Source: Balanoglossus misakiensis
Taxonomy: Eukaryota > Animalia > Hemichordata
Direction of reading: 5' to 3'
Assembly: GCA_040954595.2 (NCBI GenBank)
Contig: CM082582.2
Span: 12,855,777-12,919,776 of the forward strand
DNA length: 64,000 nucleotides
How positions within the stretch are numbered: the stretch's first letter is position 1; the number at the start of each line of letters is the position of its first letter. Below the pieces are notes generated by a model. The model was not told where the DNA came from. It saw nothing but the letters and a program-made list of their open reading frames with translations, and did no database searches. The position numbers and the translations under genes are program-made. Below, piece after piece: positions 1 to 13,500 of this stretch.

Positions 1-698
1 TTACAGTGTCCTACCAGAAACTTGCCATCATTTTAGAAAATCGAGAACTGGGGTTAGAGCCTACGATATCCGTAAGTACAATGCATTCAGTATAAATGGG
101 TCGATGTTCACTGATGGCATCATGTATTATATAGAGTGATAAAATACTTTCTTGGAAAAGACAGTGTTACACCAATTCATTGCTTTCTAACTTCTACAGG
201 CCAGATCTGAACTGATAGTCACATACGCCCTCTGTGGCTTCTCTCATCTGACCGGCGTTGGAATGACGTTGGCGACGCTGTCCGGCATTGCTCCCGACCG
301 CAAAGCGGATATTTCTTCCATCGTCGTCAGGGGAATGATTGCTGGAAACATAGCCAACTTTCTGACAGCGATCATTGCAGGTAATAAGATGATTGGGTGT
401 CCGGATTGGTTTGGTGGATAGGCGTGTGGGTGGATGGGTGGGCATGGAGTGAAGCAAAACAATGTCTGAAGTTTCACAATTATTCACTGTTTATTTTTGT
501 ACATATCCTATAGGTATTCTGTATGAAGGCGATGTCGCCACCGCCGCTGCCGTAGCAAACTCAACAATGTCGAGTATTATAATGAACACGACTGCGAGTT
601 TTGGAAATGTGACTGTGGGGAGCCTCTCTCCAGAGAATGTAACAGCCACAACATTGGGAACTCTGGTTCTTGAAAACGTCACAGACGCATTACTGTAA
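1..698 (+). CDS. SLC28 (CNT) concentrative nucleoside transporter family, paralog 1; last three exons only (<1-71, 200-380, 514-698), 5' part outside the window
   Basis: GT-AG exons translate to ..[24 protein letters not shown]|[61 protein letters not shown]|ILYEG..DALL*. TYALCGF and IAGILY are CNT C-terminal motifs. Confidence 0.92.
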
Positions 699-1015
699 CC
701 AGTCTCTCTATGTAATAGAGCGACTGTGCTGTAACCTGGAAACAAACACTACTATTTAATTCCAACCCCTCCTTTCCGGGGTCTTTCCGTGAATTTCACG
801 GAATTCGAAAAGGGATATTACTTCTAAAATATTCAAGGAAACATTGAGACTACAACAGTATTCCCGAAACTGTATTCTTTTGTTGTATTTTTGCATACAC
901 CTGATCACAGGGAGCTTGGTATCCGATATTCTCTTATTATTTGCTTGCTTTTTTATTTATTTGTTTGTTTAGGAATACATATTTGGTGTAAATGCAAACA
1001 TATTTATAGTTCTGA

Positions 1016-1037
1016 CACAGTCCCTTGAGGGACTGTG
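1016..1037. mobile_element. Minimal inverted-repeat element (CACAG...CTGTG) with a degenerate 7-bp flanking duplication; P-superfamily-like MITE remnant
   Basis: CACAGTCCCT-TG-AGGGACTGTG forms a perfect 10-bp stem, flanked by gttctga (1009-1015) and gttctaa (1038-1044). The superfamily call is inferred from the CANRG terminus. Confidence 0.45.
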
Positions 1038-1343
1038 GTTCTAACTACAATGTACATGTATACAGGGCTTCTCCTCACTTTACATTATAATAAACTTCAG
1101 TCGTAAACATCTGTCAATTATCTTCGTGTTCAATCAGTTGACACTCAGTGGGCCTGTAGCTGTGTTTCTATTGAATGATGTATTTTGGGATAACTTGGGC
1201 GTGGCTTGTCTCACAGCGGACCCCAGGTGTAGGTCGCTTCCGGTTGCCCCCCTTTATCCGCACATTGTTTACACTTCATAGTTGGTAGCGTCCTGGGTCT
1301 TGTGGCGGGTTTTGGCTCATTCCGTCGTTTTTGAGGCAGGAAC

Positions 1344-4300
1344 ATGGAAAAGAAGAACTCACAGGTACACAGTGGCTTCGAATTATTACCACAGGAGGAG
1401 AGTAAAGTTAACATTACCGTAAATGTGTGGGAAGATGTAAGTATGGAAATATTGTATTATTATTTTTAAAATTTGCGTGGATGGTCAGTCTGTCCACAAA
1501 CATCACGGTCCCTTCATAATCGTGTAAACACACACAACCCATATGTACACGCCATTTATGGCTACTTTTCCAGCCAATTTTTGAATTGTTTCAACCATGA
1601 GATTTTGTTGTGGCAGACTGTACCTCTCTGTTTAGACCTGATCGGTGCATGGACGTCCTCGATTTGATCACCTCCATGATCTGTGATTGTACCGAAGATA
1701 TTATTATGTTACATAAAATGCTGATGTCGCAGCTCATAATCTTAAATCCAGGGTGCTTTGTTCGGATCTGTCTATGTTAATCACAACTACCACAGAGCTA
1801 CAAAGTGTTTATAAAATGGCGATGTCACCTTTCTATGTCGAGTGCTCGCCAGTAGAACAACACACCTGATAAGCTGAATGATATCTCATATTTAGCATGA
1901 CAGAAAGGTTGCTCTTTTAACCCGTAAAGGTTAAACCTCCTTCTCAATGAAGAAGTGCCAGAGTTGGCGAATGAAATATCGCTAATCGCTCAAAAGCGAT
2001 AAAACACACCAATACAGCAACATGGCTCACGTGCGCCTGGCTGGATGCCCACGTTTAGTAAAATAACACATCCATGCAGGACTGTGTACCATGGTGTTTG
2101 GTCAATACGGAATTTGGACCGTTTGACCTTTCGAGACCTAAATTTTGGCCGATGTGTCAATAGTGAAGAGAAGACCACCTGTCTGTTATTGTTGTGCTTT
2201 TGGATTTCGTTAATATCGATAAAGACGTTTGCTAAAATCTCATCTATTTATCTCTGGTATAGAGCATCAGAGAAACTGCTTTATTAGATGACGAATATGA
2301 TGAAGATGGTGTCCATGGTAACGGAGCAGTGGAATCACTCAAACAGAGGCGGAATAGTTGTGAGAAAATCGACATCGATAATGGCGCAGAGGGTTATGTT
2401 GACAATGATTGTGAAGATGATAATCCTGACAATTGTTTTACAAGGGTAAGGTCAAAGGTCAATTTTGGTATAATTCTGATATCTCTGTACTGTTTATGTT
2501 TACGTACGGGAACCTTTGATATGGTGTCAGCCAATTTACATAATAATTTAAGTACTTATTTCTATTGTTTATTTCTCTTGTTTATTTGAGTGGACCATCT
2601 GCTAGTGTCGAGTCTTCCTGGCTCCAGGACAAAGTATATATTCTGATCAGTTCACTATAGACTACCACCAGCAAATTTGCACATATCATAAAGTTTTGCA
2701 ATAATTAAAGATGGATGCTCAAACAGTTGCATACCTTTTAATTGTTATCGTTACCACAACTATCTTCGCTGTCATCATCATCATCATGTTTAATGACGTC
2801 ACAATTTTTATGTCTTTACAGGGTGTAGCAAAAATCCAGACAGTAATATACGGATTCCTCAACAAGTATAAAAGAAAATTAAAGATGGGACTTAAAGCGA
2901 TAGCACTGCTTCTATATGCTGTATATTTTACCTATGCTATCTATTACGACTTAGAAGGGGCAATCGCTTTGATCGCCATGACAGCATTCGTGGTTTTCTG
3001 TTTCGCATATGCGTGCGTTAGGGATAACTTTGGCGGGAAGATACATGACGTCATCTGCTTGCCAATATCGAAGTTCTCGAATAAACACTGGAATGTGATC
3101 AGATGGTACGTAACAATCTCAACACTTCGAAAAAAGACCTTTTGTGACCAAGAGTCGGAACACAGACGCAAAGAAACATATTGCAACATCGGGACCACGA
3201 TCACAATGATTTTCGCTCCTCCAAGTGAATTACATATTTTGACTAAGTTTCTGGTATATTTTCTATTCCCGAATTATACAAGAATTGGTTTAGAAGTAAG
3301 ATTATCAATAATGCAGTATCCATTCCTCTGCTTGGCGACAGGTTGACTGGATTAGTGATCGTCGCCTTGGTCGTGGCCTGGATTATAGTGGACACGTCGA
3401 AGCACCCGGAAAATATGATGTCATTTGTCGGTCTCATTACCATCATAGTCTTCTGCTTCGTATTTTCAAAACATCCGACCAAGGTAAGATAAAAACGGTT
3501 GATTGGATGACGGCGTGGCGTTCGCGACTCCATCTGCGCATGTCTTCTGTCCATACCATACGTTGACGCCATCTTGCCTTTCTTCAAGCAGTCTCGTCCC
3601 CAACAGATCACATAGCAACCATCTTTGTGTTTCTAAAATAAACTACCTTATAGCCTCTAGATTGTTTCTCATGTTTGTCGCTTTCTTTCAGGTTCGCTGG
3701 AGGCCTGTCATTTGGGGGCTCATTCTTCAGATCTCTTTAGCGCTGATAATATTGCGTACGAGGTGGGGATTCGAATCATTCCGTTACCTTGGAGAACTAG
3801 TCTCTAAATTCCTTAACTATGTAGAGGCTGGCTCCGAGTTTGTCTTCGGTCAGTTGTGGTACAACCATTACTTCCTCTTCAAAGTAAGTATGTCAATAGT
3901 GACTATATTTGTGCTCTTTCATAAAACACTCTCTACACAGGTTACCTCACGCATATACAGGTACCTTGTCTGACATAACCCCATTCGTGGATATATTTCA
4001 GGTACTGCCAATCATGCTCTTCCTGGGTTCAATAATCTCGTGTCTCTATCACGTGGGTCTAATACAACTTGTGATCGGTAAGCTGGCGTGGTTCTTACAA
4101 TTTACCATGCACACTTCGGCCAGTGAATCCCTGAATGCGGCTGGTAATGTCTTCCTCAGTATGGTAAGTATCTGAGTCCTTTAGATGGTGCAATCGACTA
4201 CAGTTATAGACCCTGGAATTATTCAAGTCTTGTGAGATCTCGCAAATCATATATTGTATCCAACTGGACACACAGAGTGAATCTCCTCTCTTGGTGGCGC

Positions 4301-6520
4301 CCTACATGAACACGATGACCAAGTCAGAACTGCATGCAGTAGCAACAGGTGGTTACGCAACAATTGCCGGGAGCATTATGGGAGCCGCCATTGCATTTGG
4401 TCTGAGTCCATCCTATCTAATCACTGCCTCTGTGATGTCAGCGCCTGCAGCGCTGGCTATCGCCAAACTGTTCTACCCAGAAACTGAGAAATCACCAACA
4501 GCTGATGTGAAATCCGTGACAATTAAGTTAGAGTAAGTATATGCATAAACTACCAGACCAACGACACAATATATGTTCACGAGTTACTGTTTTCCTCAAG
4601 TAGGAAAGCAGCAGTGACACCTTGACAATGTTTGCCAAATTCATACTATCAAAATGTGTTTAGCTTGAGCATACATCTTGTAATTGAGTGTTTGGGAAAA
4701 GTGGTTAGTCACAAATGGATTCCCAGAAACAGAGATCACACCGAAAGTAACAACTTAATGCCCAGTGTTGCTTTAAAAATGATAATTTTGACAATATATC
4801 TGTCTCCCTCATATTTCAGAAAAAACAGGAACATAATAGATGCTTTGTCTAGTGGAGCAATGGCTGCTGTACCGCTGGCTGTCAACATAGCAGCTAACTT
4901 CATCGTGTTTCTTGCTGTTTTGGAATTCCTCAACGCGGTTTTGTCTTGGGCAGGTGGAATGGTCGGCTTTCCACAACTAAGTTTTGAGGTAAGCAGACGA
5001 CAGCTTTTTTAGATCAACACAAAAGTTACATTTTTAAAAACTCTTGCATTATGCAGATGCCATGCTCATCGTGTTTCAATTATATTGACTTTTGTACGCA
5101 ATATTTTTGTGGATATAATTATTTATACCGTTTATTTGATATTTTAGCTGATATGCGCATGGGTGTTCATGCCATTTGCATATTTAATGGGTGTCGACTG
5201 GGACGATTGCTTCGTGGTTGCTGAATTGATTGGAATGAAGATCGTCACTAGTGTTACGGTGTCCTACCAGAAACTTGCCATCATTTTAGAAAATCGAGAA
5301 CTTGGGTTAGAGCCTACGATATCCGTAAGTAAACCATTCATAAAGAACTTCAAGATTTTGCTTTTAAAATTACTAGTTTACGTCTCGACTAAAGTAGCAT
5401 GCCTAATTTCTGAGTCTATGATCACAGGGGACGACAGTTCCCCGTGTATTTATACATGTAGTTATTATACCAATACATTTCTATCTAACTTATTTAGCCT
5501 AGGTCGGAAGTCATAGCCACATACGCCCTCTGTGGGTTTTCTCATCTGGCTGGTATTGGCATGACGTTGGGGGCCCTGGTCGGCATTGCTCCAGAGCGCA
5601 GAGCGGATATTTCATCCATCGTTGTCAGGGGAATGATTGCTGGAAATGCAGCCAACTTTCTAACGGCGTGTATAGCAGGTAATAAGATAGATGGATGGGT
5701 GTGTTGAGGGGGTTTCTTATCGTGATCACTCTGAATGATGTTCTACCATAGGCAATAGTCTGTAATCATGCCATATTGTTAGTAACATCAGACGGCTATA
5801 TTGGCTCACCTGTTGCTCTATGACCCAGTCTTCGGCAAACTTGGAGGCATCCTGGTGTAGTTTCTTCCGACAGACTCCAGGAAATTTTCCCCGACAGAAA
5901 TTCTCCCAAATCCTGGAACAGCAAGTCATCCCAGTCAGCATCTTCACGTTTTGCTGCATCGTTTGTTAACGTATTGAGGGTAATCCGACACGATGTTTTC
6001 ACTCTGAAAGTGGTGGACACAATGAAACGGCGTGTTCAAACTTGTGAAGTTGTTCGTGGTGACCACTCTCCAGTAATGAAACCCCACGTGTACATCTGTA
6101 CACGTCCCAGTCTTTCATTGGCTGTCGTGAAACGGTTGTATACGTCATGATTGGTCATGCGTGAGACCAGGTGTTGTTGACGTGATGTAAGACGAATAAT
6201 GTACTTGTGTCGCACAATTGTTTACATAATGAACGCCCTTCCATTGCCTCCCAATAGTAAATTATCCTGTACATACTTGATTTTTATTAGTCATATTAAC
6301 TATTCACTGTTTGTTTTTGTTCATATCCTTTATAGGTATTCTGTATGAAGGCGATGTCGCCACCGCCGCTGCCGTAGCAAACTCAACAATGTCGAGTATT
6401 ATAATGAATACGACTGCGAGTTTTGGAAATGTGACTGTGGGGAGCCTCTCTCCAGAGAATGTAACAGCCACAACATTGGGAACTCTGGTTCTTGAAAACG
6501 TCACAGACGCATTACTGTAA
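1344..6520 (+). CDS. SLC28 (CNT) family transporter, paralog 2, apparently complete; exons approx. 1344-1436, 2263-2445, 2822-3105, 3342-3483, 3692-3883, 4002-4163, 4276-4532, 4820-4988, 5148-5324, 5498-5678, 6336-6520
   Basis: Phase-compatible GT-AG exons encode CNT motifs: [98 protein letters not shown]. The first two exons are less certain. Confidence 0.92.
5810..6200 (-). promoter_or_regulatory. Putative antisense promoter and first-exon cassette inside the last intron of SLC28 paralog 2
   Basis: Two CCAAT boxes on the minus strand (6117-6121, 6150-6154), CACGTG and TGACGT motifs, an ATG at 5959 and a strong CAG|GTGAGC donor at ~5810. The segment is absent from the same intron of paralog 1. 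Confidence 0.4.
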
Positions 6521-7542
6521 CTTGGAAACAAACGATCCTATTACATGATTCCCAGCCTCCCCCTTTCCGAGGTCTTTGAGTGAATTTAACGGGATTCGTA
6601 CAGAAATATTCCTTCGAAAAAAAAAAACAAGGAAATGTCGAGACTACAGTAATGTTGGAACACTTAATGTAGTCTGCTTTCAGCCCGAGAATCATTTGAA
6701 CAACTTGGTATGATATTATTGTATGCAGACTATGTTATTGGTCACGACGTTGAGTGGGGTCGCAAACGAGATCACGCTGTTGTTCGAGTAGTCTGCGGTG
6801 TCACGTGACATTACATTAATGACGTATGGTATCACGAGGATTATATTAGGGAAAAGCAGGAAATTGTACAGACAAGATGACAGATTCCATTTATTTTATT
6901 CCCAATATGAAAAACATATCGATAATCGAACTTGAAATCCGCCCAGGAGTAATCTGCAGATGGGCAAAAAAGGTAATTTTCATACAAATGTATATGGTTT
7001 ACCTTCATTTTGTAAATGTTCTGATTCGGTTTCCACGGCGACGTGGAAGAATCGAAGTAGAAACATACTACTAGTATTATTCTATTCATGTTCAGTTTAC
7101 CCTGGCAGAATATAAAATAATTCAGAGACGAACTGTATTAATCGGGTTTGCATAAACACTACCGTAAGACTTCTTATACTCAAGATATGTTTACTGGTTA
7201 AATTGTACTTTATCAATAAAAGAAGTAGAAAATAGTTGATCAATAAAACTGAAGTTGTACCTCCTTTGTATACAAGTGTTGAATAGGTTGCATAGATAAA
7301 TCATTTCAATTGCCATACGTCGAATGTTACTGAATATTTTGTCATAATAATCACCTGCGACCGATTTTAAAAAGTACAATAAAAATGAAACATGATATAA
7401 GAAAAATGTGCATGTAATAGGACGAACCTGATAGATGTATGTAAATGTTGGCAGTAAGCCCAGTGTGATGGCACAGTGATGACGTAATTTTATGCAAATT
7501 TCAGGTGTGAGTGCAATGGCCACTGACCAGGCAATACCTTTG

Positions 7543-10500
7543 TTACTTCGTCTGAGGTTTTAACATCCAGTTTTGTCTGTCAACTGAATCTAAATTGGAT
7601 TCCACACTCCTCGATTTTTTCATGTTTGGTGTTCTCCTTGTAACCGTTGGCGTTTTGTTGCTAGTGTCGAGTGAATCGGTGACAATTTGGGACGAAACAA
7701 TCTTCAGATTGGTTGCAAAACCCTCCATTTCAGCGTAGATTCGGTTGAGTTCATCCTGGCAAGACAACAGAAACAGATCAATGGGTATCGATATAAGGAT
7801 TTGTACATAGACCCCTGAGAAACACGTGTTAAGGACGAAGCTGCACTATAAAGGGGTACCTGCCTTGACGTCGTTTTTGTCTCGTCCGAAGTCGATCGGG
7901 TCTGCAGAAGCCTCGATAGAAGATGGGACATCTACATGAAATACAGTTGGCGTTTTCTTCACAGCAAGTTTTGCGCCAGTGTATCCTGTTGCTGTCTCGT
8001 TTTCAGCACTTCGATCACGTGACCGTTTCTTAATCAGATACATCTGTAGGTTATAAACACAAAGGTATGATCATTAGCCACGTGGATGGTCACGAAGATA
8101 TCACAACGTTCGAAAACTCAAAATCATCTGAAATTAAGTATACACAAGGAGATATGGATTGTCCACAAATGAATTAATCCTTACCTTTGATACAAATAAC
8201 AGGACAACCATCACAGTCACCGTCAGTAGATTGCGAGTAAACGATAACACATACAAAAGTTCAGTCTCAAAATTGCTTTGCAGCAAGACTACCCTAAATC
8301 AACAGAAACAAAAACAGATTTAGAGCTTATGAAAACTATGAGCAGAGTTCAAAAGTTTTTTGAAGTGTCTGATATCCAAATTTAGGTTTTTATGAAGTAC
8401 AAAACAGAAATGCGATAATGTGGGTCTTCCGACACGATTAAAATACCTTTCTATGAACAAACGGATACCGGGAAACATTGACAACAAACCTGAGAACCAA
8501 CGTGAACAAGGACATCAAAGTTTCGTTGTAGATGGCAAGGCTGATGTATTTACTCTCGTTGAACTGCGAGGGCGCTTTTCTGACTCGAATACAAAGATAA
8601 ACTCCCCATATGAGGAATGCAAGCTCCACTGATAATGGAAACAGATAGAGCATGTTATATGCCAATGTTTTGGAATCAAATTGATGCAGACATTATTCGT
8701 ATACGGATGCATTAATAAAAGCGATCTCGAGTGAAGAAATGGCCAGTTTGCCCTACTGTGTAAAGTACATGTATTGTACTACGTTTATCATTCACATAAA
8801 GACTGCCGCTCAGGATTTACTTACATCCCATGCCTCCATAGTGCCAGCCATCAAACGTACAAGCCCAGTACTTCAAACCATCATTGTTGTACTTGATGAC
8901 CGCCCGTATGCGACTGAAGGCCGTCCACAAACTCAGATAGAGGCAGAACAGCGCCACCACTATTGCGATCTTGCCGTACAGCTGCGCATCCTTGATGCGT
9001 ATTGGTTTAGCGCTACGAACTCGGAATATTACTGTGATTCTACGAGAATTACAACAGGTATTAGTCACTGCATATAATAGTATGTACTGATAATAAACTG
9101 ATATCATTTGTGTTTAGCCATAATGTACATATAGTCAAACGTAGTTACCCTTAATACGTACCTCCATGTTTTCAAAAGTAAGGCACCATACGCTAAGGCA
9201 AACCCAATATGACGTACCCATGGTACCGCCATACATGTGACGTCATTTGGAGGAAAGTACCCGATAATAGTCTATATGTTTGAGAAGGAAACAAACAGCG
9301 TCATTACGTTAAAAATTTTGTCTCACTGCGTGAATGCGTATCATCTTTAACTACCAACAACCATCAAAGGACAATCTTATAGATCATATAAACAATATCT
9401 TACCACTACATAGTGAATAAAGGCACCGATCAAGATAACATATAGGAGACCTGGACTGGCCGCCTTCACAACCTGCAATGTCGCAAGAACATCAACAATT
9501 GTAATGTTTCTGAGTGCAAGTACATTTTCTAGATACTAGCGAAGTTGAACAAAAAGCAAATACAGATTACCTGGTCTATCACAAACTAACCTTATTCTCT
9601 TTAAATTTGACTGTAAACACTCCAAACCCAATCAAAAGTAACATCGGCAATCCGTTTATGACAACAATCGTCAACCTGAGATAAGTGTTGGGTTCCACAA
9701 AACACGGACTGCCATCAACGCACTCCTCACACCCAGGCAAGCAAGGCAGACAGTCAAAGTACCTGAAACGCCAAGCACAGAAACTGGATGAACACATTTG
9801 ATTTCAAAGATCTCTTTCATAATTATTATCACCGTCTTACTGATATGAATTATGAATAGAGAAACCCTTTAAAGATATTTTGAGAGTCACAGACAGTACA
9901 TCAACTAAGACTGGTTATTAAAAACCATGTATATTTCCTCATACTATACGAGTATATATGCTGACATTAAAATATATGAGCCCAGCAGATAACATCTGAA
10001 CTGATAAATAATTTATTGCTCGCGGAAATTCATCTTTCATGATGGTATCTCCATGCATGCACATTAACTGTGTCATTCATATTTCTCTAGTCTATTTCAA
10101 ACCAGTTAAATTCATTTTATGAGTGATAAAATGTTATATCATCCGTTGTCATGACACTAGGAAGACGACGGTTGCGCTGAAAAAAAACACTTCGGGTGTG
10201 TATGTAAACTAAAAAGCAATGGCTATCTAATGGAAACGATGAGTCGACATTGCGTATGGTATATGTTATTTTCAATAGGCGTTGTTGAAAAAAAGTAATC
10301 GAAACCACATACTGTGTTATTGCATTTTGATTTCGCTCTGAGTGACATGTTCAAATTGATTTTCGTGGCGGTATAAGCGATGTGAAAAATATCACCTGTG
10401 GCTATTCATTACATTACCAGTGTAATATCAGATTTGGGTGGTCAATATGAATACATACTCGACAAGTGACCGACAAGCATGCAGATTCACTTGGGTTCTG

Positions 10501-13500
10501 TAGAAATGCTGTCTTAAGAAACAAACATTTCTTTGAATCAAGACACGACATCAATGCAAGACTTGTCCTTGTCAAATGTTTAAATAAACCCATCCGACTG
10601 TATCCAAGTTAAATGATGCCTGATCCATGAGTTAAGAATCAACAAACCAAACTCGATTTGCTGAACAAGAACAAAGATAGACTCTGTCGATTCCATGACT
10701 AAATATTGACACCCCAAGAAAGTCAATATTAACCGTGCCATGTCGTGTTGGACAACGCTGTCTCTTGTTGATAGAGTTGACTTCTAATGTTGACGGTAGC
10801 CTGCTAATGTTGACAGTGGTTTACTATTGAAAGTGTCGCGTGCTGCTGTTGACAGTTGTCGTGTTGACAGTCGTCGATACAGGCGACTGACCCTTCACAT
10901 TTCGTTTGTATGACTTTTCCTGTAGTACTAGGCGTTTTGATTAGGACGCATGAACAAAACACGTACATGTATGTATTCATCTTACCCATCGTATATGTTT
11001 GATTCCCCATGCACCTTCTTCTCATACTGACTCTCCACTTCACTTCCGTTGAACCACGCGTGCGCAGACAAGGGATCAGGGAAGTAATACCCTTGCTTGC
11101 ACGCGCATGTATATGCACCCGTTCGAAAGCCTTTTCCGGGAATGAAGTGACACTGTGTAATGATATGTGAAAAGAAAGGTGTGTTCAAGAGACCATGTCT
11201 GATAGACATCCAGCCTTGCAAAAGAAGAAGATAAATCCAATGCAAGAGCTTGGTGAGACTATTTCATGGAACTCTTTTCACAAACGTCAGACGTCATCAA
11301 AAAGGTCAACTTTGGTCATGGGTGGAAAATAGCACTTTGTTGTACACTTAATAGGCAATTTCCGACAATGTTATTTTATGATAGAACCAACACACATGGG
11401 AATCGTAAAAATTCTTCTACAGGGTACCATTTCATAAACCGACGAGACGGAAGCTTGGAGGCCTATAGCAATATTGTTATTTCATTGACAGACTGGTCGT
11501 TTCAATGAAAGATTCTGTGTGCGAAATCATTTGAGGCGTCATAAGGAGAATTTAATTTTGAAAACGTAATTCAGAATTCCTATTTACTAAGGGTATCACG
11601 TTATTGGATTCCAACGGTTACACAAATTGGGCCAGGAATATATTGGAAGCTTCCTTTCAAACTGTTGTCGGTGTCGACTTTTATAACAAACTAGCTCTAA
11701 TGATTTGACCTTTGGCGAAGACTTAATTGATTCATTTTCAATTCACTCTGAAAATTAACTATTAATTTCCGACATTTCATGGACGGAAGGATTCATGTTA
11801 AAGTACTGGAAATAATGATACCAGGTCCTGCAGTCACACATATTATCAATGCATTTAAAGATATTAAATATCAATCAAGCGTGATCTTGAGATGGAATCT
11901 TATTGGAAATATTAGCTGATAATTCGAAGTGTTTTAAAGGTCACTGTTTCTCGCCTGAACAAGGAAGTAGGTGGCATTCCCCAATAAATGACTGCCTTTT
12001 AGAATCGCCATTCACTTGACAGCTTTATAAATAAAAACCTGAAGGCGATATGAAAGTACACATCTACATGTATATACACACACACACACGCACACATGCA
12101 TGATTTACCTGTGTTGTTTCTGTCTTGCATTTGTGCGTATTAACAAACGGATCAAATCCAATATCCATTCCTTTTTCTGCCTCGCACTGATTGATGTCAA
12201 CCTGATCTAAATCGACGTCTATCGTAGTAACACCACTGAAATGAAAATATAGGCCAGCAATTAAGCTATGTAAGATTTTTTTCAAGGCAACCTTTCTATA
12301 GTACGTATGCAGCCGTATATAGTCATCAAATTATGTACTTTTTTCTTGCCTCAAAATGTTAAATTGTGACATCCCACACCAACGGAAGTACGAGGATGAA
12401 AGGTCATATAGGGGTCATGAAAGTGACCTATTCAGGTATTCTTGCGACATGCAAGTCTTCCCAGATACAGGACACTTCAGTGTTTGAAGAATGCCAAAGT
12501 TAAAGAGATTCGTCTGAACGATTTCCAAGCGCGTTTACATTTCAGCCCATCTTCCATGATTCAGAGTTTATACAAATCATAATGAAACTGCTGGCCACTG
12601 TGTCGTTAGGCACTGGCTGACCGAACCTGCTGCGGTTTAGTTCTTATCAGCAAATGGAGACATATTATCGAATTCTATTTCGCTAAACCCGCCACTGTTG
12701 TTTGCCAGGATGTTGGGCGATAGCCGCAGGGTATTCTATACATCATTATTGCACCATTAGACGATTCCTTAGCTACTGAACGTAAATCCATGACTTGGCT
12801 TAAAAGCGTTATCCCTGCGCATGTTAGAACCCTACAAACGCCCAGTACAAAATAACGGGACAATCAAATGCTTCTTACACGCAAACGTAGTATAGTCAAA
12901 CATTAACTAAATCAATATTACTTTTCATTTTTCTGAGAGCAAATATGGAGTGTATTTGTTGGCTGAATGATATAGTCACCAAATCCTCAGGACAAATATT
13001 TGCAACCATAATAATTCAAAAGAAGTCTTTCATAGCAAGTCACCGTGACGGAAAATTTCCGCTCCTTTGAAGGTTCGCTTAGAGTCAGTTTATGTCACCA
13101 ATATTTCTAATTTAATTGTGTCCATCCAACATCAATGGGTAATGCTTCGGCATTCATTGTATACAACACATTATAAAATACTATATCCTGGCATAGCGTT
13201 CACAGATATACGAATTTGTGGAAATGAATGGTTCTTTAGCATTACTCTACACTGCAGAACAATTTTACAGGAAGGAAGTACAATGGGTTTCATGTAAGCG
13301 CGATTACACACTCGAGTCCAAAGATAGTTGAAATCCATTTTTCTCACGTTAATCTGCTCCAGTTAATGTCGACTCTCTCCCCTGGGCTCGAAAAGGGCTG
13401 TCGACTTGTAGACTTTGAGATGGGGGAACTGACTTTATATATTACTTCGCAGGGATATTTTGTCGTTCCTGTTCTTTGAATACAGGCACACAGGAAATAA

